Below the pieces are notes generated by a model. The model was not told the DNA's origin, did not search any database, and saw nothing but the letters and a program-made list of their open reading frames with translations. A program made the position numbers and the translations under genes. A stretch of 63,963 nt of DNA, counting the filler, from Trypethelium eluteriae (Eukaryota): assembly GCA_051942245.1 (NCBI GenBank). It is 3 parts of 3 records of this genome, joined end to end, with 100 filler letters (N's around TTAATTAATTAA, not from the genome) between each part and the next. Parts side by side here need not be neighbours in the genome. Positions count along the whole stretch, not along the records: positions 1 to 21,469 come from JAVECL010000472.1; 2 more parts are not named here. One strand, given 5' to 3'. Below, in pieces: positions 1 through 10,885 of this stretch. Positions within the stretch are counted from its first letter, which is position 1. Every line of letters begins with the position of its first letter.

Positions 1-511
1 GGTAAGGGAGAGGAGAGGTCCAGAAGGGGTGGCGGTGGGGAAGGGGAAGATGAGGGTGTGATGGGGATAATGGTGTGACTTTGTAGTTACTTGTCGGTAG
101 GGGAGGCAATGTGTTTTGAGCGAGGAGTTTGGAGAATGTAGATTTCGATCTGCCGTGCGAGATGGTTGGAGAAGCATTTAGGGATCGTGACACTACGCAG
201 GCTACTGGATGTAGTCAGCAGGGAAGTTAATATTACATCTACTTACAAGAGTCTGTCTGCTGTGGCTAAAAGTGCTAATCAATGTTAATGGAGGATGCGA
301 AGCAGATGGAATGTACACGTTCAATGTAGTGCAGACCTATCTCGCATCTGGATAATGGGTCTAGCGCTCGTTTCACTCGATTTCTGCATCGTAGCTTGCC
401 TGCTATTCTGTCTCCTCGGGCCTCGCAGAGCAGGGAAGTTGGGCTCCTGATACTGGAGAACTTCTGTAAGTCATCATCTTCTCATTCAGCATACATCGAG
501 GAGCTCATGCA

Positions 512-3500
512 TCAGGAAGTTCCTTGATGGTATTCGTGGAACTTTGAAGCAGCTTGACTACCGCCTCGCCGGGGGTACCTGGCTGCCATTGCCAATGCCA
601 GTGGCGTCTGGCCGTCTTCATTCATTGAATTGGCATCCACCTTACCCGTCTCTAGTAGTAGCTTGACTACTCCCTCTTCCCCCATCCTAGCTGCGCATGA
701 TAGTGGCGACCGGCCGTCCTTATCTTTTGAGTCGATATCCACTTCACCTGTCTCTAGTAGTAGCTTGACTACTGCCTCCCACCCCATCTCAGCTGCCCAT
801 GATAGTGGCGACTGGCCGTCCTTGTTTTTTAAGTTGATATCCACTTCACCCGTCTCTAGTAGTAGCTTGATTACTGCCTCCCACCCCATCTCAGCTGCCC
901 ATGATAGTGGCGACTGGCCGTCCTTGTTTTTTAAGTTGATATCCACTTCACCCGTCTCTAGTAGTAGCTTGATTACTGCCTCCTGCCCTATTGCAGCTGC
1001 GTATGATAGTGGCGACTGGCCGTTCTTGTCTTTTGAGTCAACATCCACTTCACCCGTCTCTAGTAGTAGCTTGACTACTCCCTCCCCCCCCATCATAGCT
1101 GCGTATGATAGTGGCGATCGGCCGTTCTTGTCTTTTGAGTCGACATCCACTTCACCCGTCTTTAGTAGTAGCTTGACTACTGCCTCCCACCCCATCTCCG
1201 CTGCATATGATAGTGGCGACTGGTCGTTCTTATCTTTTGAGTCGAGTTCCACTTCACCCGTCTCTAGTAGTAGCTTGACTACTACCTCCTGCCCATTCTC
1301 CGCTGCGTATGATAGCGGCGACCGGCCATCCTTGTCTTTTGAATTGACATCCACTTCACCCGTCTCTAGTAGTAGCTTGACTACTGCCTCGTGCCCCATA
1401 TAAGCTGCGTATGATAGTGACGACCGGCCACGCTCATTTTTTGAGTCGACGTACCCCTCACCTGTTTCTAGTAGCAGCTTGACCAACGCGTCAAGCCCAT
1501 GAAACGATACTATGATGAAGGAGTCGGTAGCATTTGGGATACCGTCATAAGCTGTGCCGGACCAGACATCGTATTGCTTCGATCCTGCTTCACAAAGCCT
1601 TCTTGCTGATACTGCTATTGCCTCTTCGCTCCGAATACTGGCCTCGCGGAAGTGAGTTGTCCAATTTCGGGCAGAATAATGGAGTAAGGCAGAGAGGTCG
1701 GTCTTGAACAAATCCAAATCCAAATTAAGATACCAGATGCATCTCTCCGCAAGTATTCTGTTTGAAGCCTTTGGCTGTAGTGAATGTCTCCATTCAAGTC
1801 TCGATTCTTTTGACGACGCCGAGGAATCGTCCCGAACGAGAAATTCCTTCACAGTTTGATGCAGAAGGTAAATTTTCCGATCTATGATGACAACGATAAG
1901 GCCACACAACTCACGAAGAGTGAATCGAAACCGCTCTTCAGGTTCCAACTCCTGTATAACGTCGTCGTATGATCTGTGAGTTTCCTCGATCGCCATTATC
2001 AGAGACACTTCTTTCAGAGACAGCGGTTCTGTAGCAGCAGTGACAATATGCAGAAGCCTCCTAGCCTTTACTATGTCTGGACTTCGGCCTAAAATCTTCT
2101 CGTAGGCATCATCGACAGTTGGAGGTAATTGGCGTATTGCTCTACCGACGTTTCCTTTCGTGAAGCCCGGCATATTCTCAAGAACGTCCAGGGTGAGATG
2201 AACCCAGAGATAAGTACGGTGACGGCGATCGACGGACGTGAGCTGTTCTTGTAGATAGATACCCTCGTCTTGCTTCAAATCCCTCATTCTAACCAAGTCC
2301 TCCACTCTGCTTTTGATTACGAGGTCTATCTCATGTGAAATCTCCCCAACTTCAGCCTCATCTTCACCACTTAAATGAATGGTAGGCAGACGATTCTCCA
2401 ACTTTCGGAACTGACGGTGTATATGATTGTATGGCCTGCTTGTTAACAAGAATTTGACTCTGAAGTCCTTCTCGTTGGTGACGTAGAGGTTTCCCAATGC
2501 CTGCATGAGCCGGGATCGGTCCTCATCCTGGCATTCGTCCAAGGCGTCTAGGACGCAGACAATCTCTCCAGCGGCTGGGTTAGCCGCGACACTAGTAAAT
2601 ATACTCCACAAATCGTGAAATGACTGGACAAACGCATCTCCAATGGTATCCATCCTATCAAGTATCCAATCCTGTAGTAGATGAGGGCGGTTCAGAAAAA
2701 GCTGGCGTAATATCGCGCAGACGGCATTCGCAGCGCTCTTTTGGTCTGGGAAATCATCCTTGAAAAAGAAGTAACAAGTAGTCCTTTTGCTTGTGCTCCG
2801 GAGAGTTTGGTCAACCAGATACTTTGCCAAGACCGACTTCCCACATCCTGGATCGGCAGACACCCAGAGAAGGCATGACCCTTGATTCTTGTTCCAGTTC
2901 TGGAAACGAGGATGGGAAGTGAACCATCCACATGTACCTGGTATGCGCTCGCAATTCCTCTCTTTACGATCTATATACGGACAGGTATAGAGCTTTTGGA
3001 GGAACTTGTTTGCCCTCTCGTCCCGAGCTAGCGATTTTGCCCATGTCTGCTGTTCCTCATGCTCGTTCAGAAACTCTTCAAACCGCCTTTTATGCGAAGG
3101 GAAAGCGGTTCGGTTGCCTTGAAATGAGCTCAGCGCCAGACGGATATTCTGTACCAGAGGATGGTATATACCAGCCTCTCCAGGACTGATCTTGGCAATG
3201 TCGGAATGGTTGGAACTGGCAGATATTGAGATCTCATTTGACAGATACAGTCGGGCTGAATCCTCTGAAACCATCATTACCTCTGGACCAGTGCGTTTCC
3301 ATGAGCCGTCGGGCTCTTGCTGAACAGTAGGTGTGGGAAGTTTTTCATAACAACTTATTATTATAGGCACACGATCCGCGACACGGTGAAAGCGGGCATT
3401 AAGAGCTTTGAGTGTCGGTGAGCCTGGCTTCAATTCTCGGATTAAATCCTCAGGAGGCTTCGCGGCTACGAGTGTCTCGAGATTTCTGACGTCTAATCCT

Positions 3501-4204
3501 CGATGAGGCGCTCCAAGAAAGACGATGCATGCAACGGGTAGGCGATTTGACTGAATTTCTACTTCTGCATCATCAATTAGAGCTTGTTTGATAATGAGAC
3601 ATCCAAGACTGTGTCCTATGAGAACGACTGGACGGTCTGTAGCGACATTTGATGCTCGCATGGCCCGCAATCGCTGGAGAAAGTCCGTTGCGTGATCGAT
3701 AACATATCTTTGCATTTTACATTTGACTAGCTCGGATGGGTAACCGTACGAGAGAATCCGTGCATCCTTGATGTCTGAAGGCAGGCCATCCCGAAGCCAG
3801 ACATAATCATTCTTCGTTGCCCACGATCCGAAAGCATGGCCGGCAAGTCCGGTGACTGCCACGATCTCCACATCGGGTCGAGGGGGTTGGTGAAGAGGTG
3901 TGAATCCATAAAAATCTCGATCGACAGTCAACCCGTGAGTCGAGTTTGGCGCAGAGCAGAGCTTGGGACCATGCTCGAATGCATTTTCTCTGATAAACGA
4001 AATTGTGGCGGTGAGCTTACAATGCAACCAGGCTTCTTCCGTGGGTCCTTTCCCTCGCCTATGGCTCGCGGAAGGGACCAACGATCTCACGCGAATGTAC
4101 GGTCGGTCCTCTGGGACGAAGTATTCAATCAGTGTTACTTCCGTTGTACCAGCCGGAATATTCTCAATTCTATAAGCCCATGGTCTTACTACAGGTGGCC
4201 CCAT
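512..4204 (-). CDS. NLR-like STAND protein: SesB/DUF676-type alpha/beta hydrolase + NACHT (NPHP3_N-like) + ankyrin repeats
   Basis: Intronless ORF. Hydrolase motifs VAVTGLAGHAFGSW and nucleophile elbow IGHSLG. P-loop WVSADPGCGKSVL, Walker B CVLDALDEC, FLLTSRP. 8-9 ankyrin repeats (GxSPLSxAAxxGxEAVVKLLLETGEVD). First ATG is at 4204; the ORF track starts at an upstream GTG. Confidence 0.92.
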   Translation of the reverse strand: MGPPVVRPWAYRIENIPAGTTEVTLIEYFVPEDRPYIRVRSLVPSASHRRGKGPTEEAWLHCKLTATISFIRENAFEHGPKLCSAPNSTHGLTVDRDFYGFTPLHQPPRPDVEIVAVTGLAGHAFGSWATKNDYVWLRDGLPSDIKDARILSYGYPSELVKCKMQRYVIDHATDFLQRLRAMRASNVATDRPVVLIGHSLGCLIIKQALIDDAEVEIQSNRLPVACIVFLGAPHRGLDVRNLETLVAAKPPEDLIRELKPGSPTLKALNARFHRVADRVPIIISCYEKLPTPTVQQEPDGSWKRTGPEVMMVSEDSARLYLSNEISISASSNHSDIAKISPGEAGIYHPLVQNIRLALSSFQGNRTAFPSHKRRFEEFLNEHEEQQTWAKSLARDERANKFLQKLYTCPYIDRKERNCERIPGTCGWFTSHPRFQNWNKNQGSCLLWVSADPGCGKSVLAKYLVDQTLRSTSKRTTCYFFFKDDFPDQKSAANAVCAILRQLFLNRPHLLQDWILDRMDTIGDAFVQSFHDLWSIFTSVAANPAAGEIVCVLDALDECQDEDRSRLMQALGNLYVTNEKDFRVKFLLTSRPYNHIHRQFRKLENRLPTIHLSGEDEAEVGEISHEIDLVIKSRVEDLVRMRDLKQDEGIYLQEQLTSVDRRHRTYLWVHLTLDVLENMPGFTKGNVGRAIRQLPPTVDDAYEKILGRSPDIVKARRLLHIVTAATEPLSLKEVSLIMAIEETHRSYDDVIQELEPEERFRFTLRELCGLIVVIIDRKIYLLHQTVKEFLVRDDSSASSKESRLEWRHSLQPKASNRILAERCIWYLNLDLDLFKTDLSALLHYSARNWTTHFREASIRSEEAIAVSARRLCEAGSKQYDVWSGTAYDGIPNATDSFIIVSFHGLDALVKLLLETGEGYVDSKNERGRSSLSYAAYMGHEAVVKLLLETGEVDVNSKDKDGRSPLSYAAENGQEVVVKLLLETGEVELDSKDKNDQSPLSYAAEMGWEAVVKLLLKTGEVDVDSKDKNGRSPLSYAAMMGGEGVVKLLLETGEVDVDSKDKNGQSPLSYAAAIGQEAVIKLLLETGEVDINLKNKDGQSPLSWAAEMGWEAVIKLLLETGEVDINLKNKDGQSPLSWAAEMGWEAVVKLLLETGEVDIDSKDKDGRSPLSCAARMGEEGVVKLLLETGKVDANSMNEDGQTPLALAMAARYPRRGGSQAASKFHEYHQGTS
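640..1490 (-). repeat. Tandem array of 102-bp (34-aa) ankyrin-coding units with high internal DNA identity
   Basis: ctagtagtagcttga recurs about every 102 bp (around 652, 754, 856, 958, 1060, 1162, 1264, 1366). Perfect 102-bp periodicity over about 770-983. Confidence 0.95.
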
Positions 4205-7200
4205 ACGTCTGAGCCAATGCTGGGATACTCGAAGCGAAAAGTAGTGCAAGCTGGTCAGCGCTTCAACCTTCACACCAGAGCTACATAAAAGCACATCCTT
4301 TGCATGACTTCCAGATCGGACGAGCGATGACCGTAGCTAAAGCACGGGTCCACTAGGTCGTAGTGCACGAGTAGTCGGTAGAAAGGAGGTCCGGTCGGAT
4401 GAAAGACGCTCTAGCAGCCCCTTTTCTTCCTGCTTTCTTATCAACATCAATAGTACCAGCTCAGCTATATATAGCAAGCGCGAGTCGATAGAAAATATTC
4501 AGATTTTGATAAAAATCTAATAAGAAGAAGGGGTTGGAAGAGAGTGAGATGGACGAGTGGACTGGGTTGGCACGTTGGGAGGAAGGGAAAGTGGCCTTCT
4601 CTATTCGGAAGAATCTTTATCCGTGCAGGACGAAAATGTCATAAGGTAATTGTGTAGCCGGTATCCGTACCTAGCAGTTTACAAGTTTTTTAGCTGGAGC
4701 CTGCAGCAATTTGCCTTGGAACACCAGCCTGCTCTATGACGGCCACGGCTTTAGCAGTCGGTGCTGCACGATGTCATTGTACACAGATGGTCTTTTCCAC
4801 TGTCGCCTTTCCCCTATTCGTGGAGGAGGACAGGTCGCCCTTCGACGTATAATAAGGTCTAGAGTAAGGAGATTGGTGGCGGAGCTCTCCATGTTCAGCG
4901 ATATCGTATTCTGAAGCGATCTACACGAGCGGAGCATCACAGCACCGAAGCCAGGTCACAACTGAGGCTGACTCTATCCCCCCTATCTTTGAAGGCAAGT
5001 TACGCAATGAAAAACTGCCACATAGAACCTAGTAGGAGGCAACAAAATTATGTAAAGTCGCAGAACACATTCAAACCCTGGCTTCTGGGGCCAAGAACAG
5101 ATAGACGAAGCCGAGTACCTTATCTCACCTTTCGTTCGGGTCGCTATCTCTAGATACATGATGCGCTCATTCCCTTGCTGGAATACGGGGCTTATTAAAT
5201 CAATCTTCCCATTGTGACATACCTGTCTGAGGGAACAGTGTAGTAGAAGTAGTAGAAGTAGCATTTGGTGAGGGAAGCGTTTGATTCCTTATCACCTCCA
5301 GTCACCGTTTTGCAGGAGGACTTGAGGAGTTCACGCAGACGGTGTGGCACAGTATCATGCAGCTGGCTATCGATGATAACGAGGTGTTCGAGCATCGTAT
5401 CTGTATCTGATGAGTCGGACACCATTTTTCGAGTGTTTCAAGATATGCAAAATGTACGGTCACAGACTATTACCGATGCCTTCTCTCATTTCCCCATGAA
5501 TGGATCAACCTTGAGAACATTGAATTACGATCTTCGACGGCTCCCTTGTGATGGCTTTTATGTTAAGGAATATCACATGATGATGCCAGCGCATGCGTGA
5601 TCGTGATAACATTTTAGCGTGTATGAACCAAGTTCAAGCGCAGATTGATCCTAATTGTAACTGAATGGGAGGCATACAGTGGCGCTGCCACGTTACATCA
5701 GTGCCCTAGTTCAGGTTTTAGGGATCACAATTAATCATAGATTGAGACTCTTGGATTTCCGAGTCCAGGATCTCGCTGGGTCTTCACAAGACTTTGAGTG
5801 CCGAGTTCTTGCTGCTCTAGGCAGTCCTTTCGGGCAAGCCTTCCTAATGCGAGACCTATCAGAGCCGTCCCGTTTCCAGCACAGAGCTATGGTCGCATTT
5901 CCGGTTTGCAGTTCGGAGACCTTTCCTGCCGGCGAAGCCCAATTGATGTCCCCTGAAGCTATCGCGGAAGCAGAACTTCCAGATGTTTTGAGTGAACACT
6001 TGGTCAATCCACTACATCTCTAAAGCCACAGACTTACTCATAGCAGGCGATGACCATGAAGAACCGCTGACGCCTGCCATTACTTCATGGCCGCCGCAAG
6101 CAGGAAGTTCCGCGCAACATGAACTAGCTCTTGATGATTTCGTTGCCTTTTGCATTGACAGAGGAGACCGCGTTCTTCTCCCACGCCGACCCCGAGCTCG
6201 AAACCTGTCGCAGCCATCGGTTAGAGTTGATCCGTCATCGCACGAGCCAGCCTTGGATGATGGAAGTCAGAACGCGGTTCCAGAGCCTACGGCTACTCGA
6301 TGCGGCCGTTCAGCCTCGGCGGGAGATTTACGGCAAGCAGATCCTCAACACTCTTTTCCTACACCGGCCGACCAGGATACTGCTCACTTCAGTCCAACCA
6401 GCTCGTCAATTCAAGTTCAAGCCGAGTTGGGCACCGGTCTCAGGCGCATAGCGAATGAGTGTCGAACCAAAATCCAGCCGGTGAAGAATCTTTTGCGGAA
6501 CGGCCCCAAGCAGGTGTCAACGCACATAGCCTCACCTTCTGATCAAGGTCAAGGAGAACGGGAGTCCGACGCCACCCTTGAAGCGGTCGTGGAGGAAAGG
6601 AAATGTACGATCTTGGCTGTGGGTTGAAGAAGTGGAAAAGTGGTGGTGGCGTTGTCAGGGGAAAGAGATTTAATCGTGCAGTTGTCATGCAAGCTGCCTG
6701 CAATGCGCATCATGGACTCATCCTTGGCACAAGATACAAATATAATCCAATAATGTCTATTGAGCTCGAACTTTGAGGCATCGCAGAGAGTGATGGTCAG
6801 GGCGTGGATGCGATGAATCAGTTCCATGGTGAGATCTGCGTTGCTATCCCTCGAGATGTTATGTGCGTATATCCTCAGCTATGAGGTAGAAGTCTCGACT
6901 AAGCAGGAACCCATATCGATACTCGTGGGAGCTTACAAAGTAGCCAGGCTTCTTTCGTGGAACCTTTGCCTTGTCTATAAGGGCACGCTGAAGGTGCCGA
7001 CGATCTCCCAGGAATGTACGGGGAGACATACCTGCCTTAACTACAGGTGGTTCCATCCCCGATCTGCATATCCATAGAACTGGATGTCTTGTGCGCAGAT
7101 CTCCCATTTTCTTTCCTCTCGCTGTTTCATCTCATCCTCTTCGAGTCCCTTCTCCTCGTTACTTTCAAGAAAATTTGAGTGGCGCTCTGTTGCACCATCG

Positions 7201-7405
7201 CAATTACAGCTCAGCTATATGTAGCGAGCGTGAGTTGACGGAAAGGAGCCAAATAACAAAGATTAGGTTTGTTGAGAAGAGGGAATTGGCGGAGGTGGCG
7301 GGAACAGAGAACCTTGCTTGGGCTGGGAGCTCCGTCTCAGTCTTATAATCTGCGATTTTCTGGCGAGAGCACGGACCAGATTGTGCTATTCTATGCCTTA
7401 TAAGG

Positions 7406-7597
7406 TACCTTACCGCGGAGGGGGGGTTCCTCAACTGGTAATTAATACAGTGTTATTTGAACTTTACTGTTGTGACCATGTTGACCCATGTTAATACCGC
7501 CTTAACATGGGCCAATGTGGTCATACCAGTAAAGTTGAATTGACATTGTATTAATTGCTCCATACCAGTTGAGGAACCCCCCAAGCGCGGTAGGGTA
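7406..7597. repeat. Imperfect foldback palindrome (about 90-bp arms, 7-nt loop); MITE-like or hairpin RNA
   Basis: taccttaccgcg..ggggggttcctcaactggta..ccatgttaa / loop taccgcc / ttaacatgg..taccagttgaggaacccccc..cgcggtagggta. TA at both outer ends. Confidence 0.85.
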
Positions 7598-7653
7598 AGG
7601 TTTATCTTTGAGCAAACGCGTCGCTCCGGCCCGGCCCCCGGGGCAGCAGTTTA

Positions 7654-7719
7654 CAGTCATGCGAAAAAAGTGTCCGCTCGCTGGCGCGGGAAAATTGCTG
7701 GGGGTTGCCCGGACACTTT
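7654..7719 (+). repeat. Left terminal inverted repeat (66 bp, Tc1-like CAGT start)
   Basis: cagtcatgcgaaaaaagtgtccgctcgctggcgcgggaaaattgctgggggttgcccggacacttt; 62/66 identical to the reverse complement of 18593-18658; preceded by TA. Confidence 0.9.
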
Positions 7720-7851
7720 TGTCCTGTTAGAGTACTGTACCTTGGAACACCACTGGGCAGTCTGCCCTTTCGTCGGCCACGCGCTTCAAGTCTCGATCGC
7801 CAGACACTCTATGTACTCGGTCAATTAGGTTAGCGCACCGGATTTGGGAAT

Positions 7852-10800
7852 ATGGACCCGCTATCGCTTGCAGGTGCCATCATCTCCTTCTCAGGATTTG
7901 CCGGGTAAGTTTTGGAAGGAATTCAATCTCTATGTCATTTCCTCGCGAAAGTCAAGGATGCTCCTCATGACATTCAACGCCTCTCCCACGAGCTCCAAAA
8001 CTTACGACAGTCACTTCAAGACATTCAAGACTGTCAAAAAGCAGCACAGACTGTGCATCCAGCTCTAGTAGACGCTGCAAAGCTCTGCCGCGACGTGGTG
8101 AGCCCTTTGTGTATCAGAATTAGTCGTTATGAAAAAAGTCTCTCTTCTGGCAATATGACGCGGCAATGGACAAGAGTCAAATCCGCATTTACGGAAGTGA
8201 AAACCAGCAAGATGATCGAGGACGTACAGCGCGCCCGAACTACTCTGCTGGACGCAAGGATGATGCAACTGCATGCCGACACATCCAAAAATTTTCGGCA
8301 ACAAGCAGGGCTCTCAAATCTTGCATTGTCTCGACTTGAAAATCTATCTACCGGTGTCAAGTCAGTGTCTATCTCAACCTCTCAACACACACTACTCGCG
8401 GATGAAACAAGGCAAGCCGCTACAAAAACATCAAATACAGTGGAAAGGCAATTGCTACCGGTGATTCACAGCATGCAACGACAGCTGCAAGATAGTGAAG
8501 CACGTATAGCAACAGTCAGCGAGGATATACAGCATCTTCGAGCAGGCCAAGAGACCAACAGCGCCATTCTTAGTAGCACTTTCAATGTAACTAGAGCGAA
8601 CATTGATCAGATGGAATCTGCCATGGGAACTTTACCCCAACTGCTGATCGACATGAAAGGTGTCAAATCTTCTGTGCACAAAGTACTTCAGCATCAACGG
8701 ACCTCTGAAACCCTCGTTGATGCTGCTTTTGAGAAAGCAGTTAGTATAGCAGTTACAAATGCTTTGTCTCAGCCTGCGCTTGACTCTCCCATGGACCGGG
8801 GTTTGTCGACATCTCGTGTTGAGCCTGGTCACAACGGGGTCCGAATGAAGCTTCTGTACTCGTATAGCAAGGCCTATTGGTTTGGTTATCTATCCGCAAT
8901 GTCAACCCGGACAGCGACTGGCACAGATGATCACGGCAACCTTTCCTTCACTATATCTACGGACGTTATCTTCACTCCTGCCCGATGGGTCTCTCGATGG
9001 ATAGCGCGACTTGAATTGCTCAAGTGCCTATTCTCAACCCGGCTGAACACCTGGGTTATTAGGACCTCGAAGGTTTTAAAAGATGAAGATGCCTCGTTGC
9101 TGGCTAAGCTTCTATTACATGGGACTTCTGAGCAGTTTCAGAGCGTTGTGCGCAAACGAGATATCCGTCCCAACGATCTTATCTTATCCAATGATGACGG
9201 GATCAGTTTGCTCCAAGTGTGCGTGGACTGGCTCTCCATTGTGGGCCTTGACTCGGATGAATTTATTGATGATAAGGCATCCGAATTTGTACACGAGCAG
9301 TTCTCACCTTTCGGAAGTCTGGAGAGGGCTAAATATGCCATTAAGTGCGATATTATTCCTCACCGCGCCGAAGTTGTGAAAAGAATTGGAGAGACATGTT
9401 CATGGCTTCTAGACTACGACACCTGTGGAGCCATATCTTGGTGAGCTACAAGTCCACTTTCCTTACCACTTGTGACCACTGTTCCGTAGCCTCTGAGAAA
9501 TAGGCGTGTCACTAGATGAGTTTCAATCAAACTTATCTCCAGGTAATTCGCTAATAGCGCTCTGCAGGGTCCCTTGCCTGATCGCCGAATTAGTGAGTCT
9601 TTTCGACGATTTCGACGATCCGAGCAAGCAAACTATGTTTGGGACCATTTTTTCTCGACTTTCTATGATTTCCTCTGACAATCCTTTTCATGGCTTTACA
9701 AATCCGAGGGAGTACATCTATCTTGATGATCTTGTCGAATTAGCTCTTCGAGGTACGAGCCGAGAGTCTCAAAGTATCGAACTCCTTGCGATCCTACACT
9801 CCATTTGGAATTCAACGGCCTACTGCAATTTGGATGAATCGCTAGCATGCTCTAACATTTTCGATGTCCTAATAGACGAGAAAATTTGTTACAATCGCAC
9901 AAGAACACTAGCGAAAAGTGCCACTTCCAGCAAACTCTGGCTTGCAGGCGATGTAAAATTGACTGCCCTGATGCACCAGTTGGTGTTCGAAATAATCCGG
10001 GGGGCACTTGCAGTATCTAGCCCGTTATCAAGAATGCCCTTCCACAAGTTCTTCCATGTTGAAGACTCGGCCCACGTACCCTTTCCACATTTGATTTGGA
10101 TGGGACCGCCCCGAATTAGGTTTCACGCCTTGATGGCAAGAAACATATCGAAGATTCTTGAGATAGACCACGATGTGGTACTGACCAACAATGGAGTGGA
10201 TTTAAGCCTGATAGCGGCACAGTGGCACGTCCTCGACGTCTGGGCCGCCGCGTTGGCCCTTCATGGGCTTCAGCCAAGCGCCATCTTACCGCCCTCACTG
10301 ATTACTCTCATTCGAACGGAATACAACCCACTAGCATATACAAGCACTGCTGATGGAGCCTTTGTTGCGGTCAGTAGTGAATGTGATATGGGGAAAGTAT
10401 GTCTCGTGATAAACGAGATTCGAAATAAGCCTCCGAGTGGGATCCTGGAGGATTGTAGGCTACGTGAAGGCGAAATGGATGAGGAATGGTGGGAGGCAGA
10501 GGCCGAACTAATTCAGAAAACTAACAACTACCTCGCAGGATTGACCCGTGATTGGCAGCATAGAACCCGCCGCGACAGCAATGGTCGTGGTGTTCACTGC
10601 CAAATCAAGACGTCTCCTGTCGAAGTGATTCATAACACGCCTGAAAATCATTTGACGAATGGTTTGGTGAAGGAAGACTTTTGGAACCGCCCGGCTGAGA
10701 ATACATACGAGCTCCGACCGCTCAGCGATGGAGGAATTGAATTATTCATTGAGATGGATGACGTTGATGCGCCTTGGGAGACCCTCCGCCAAAACACTAG

Positions 10801-10873
10801 ATCTGAAGGGCAATTCCGGGATGCTTATCCTGGGATAATATCGGACCTAGAAAATTGGTATCCAGACAAATGA
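7852..10873 (+). pseudogene. Fungal N-terminal (HeLo-like/SesA-type) domain protein, about 990 codons, with two premature stops
   Basis: ATG 7852 reads MDPLSLAGAIISFSGFAG*VLEGIQSLCHFLAKVKDAPHDIQRL, in frame with ORF 7912, with TAA at 7906-7908. Intron 9441-9489 (gtgagc..ccgtag) joins to the 9506 ORF frame through a TGA at 9494-9496. Confidence 0.7.
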
Positions 10874-10885
10874 ATGCACTTTCGA

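Noticed and set aside
630..1403. 257-aa Ser-rich repetitive ORF on +; array superficially CRISPR-like
   Set aside because: Antisense shadow of the ankyrin repeats; the units are contiguous coding repeats without unique spacers.
3050..4294. Amyloid signalling motif linking the NLR to the HeLo-like gene
   Set aside because: No G/N/Q-rich pseudo-repeat motif seen at the NLR N-terminus or the C-terminus of the 7852 gene; the NLR carries its own effector domain.
4700..7110. Several medium ORFs (5265-5600, 5992-6627, 6549-7107)
   Set aside because: No recognisable domain or coherent splice model; possibly decayed genes, but unsupported.
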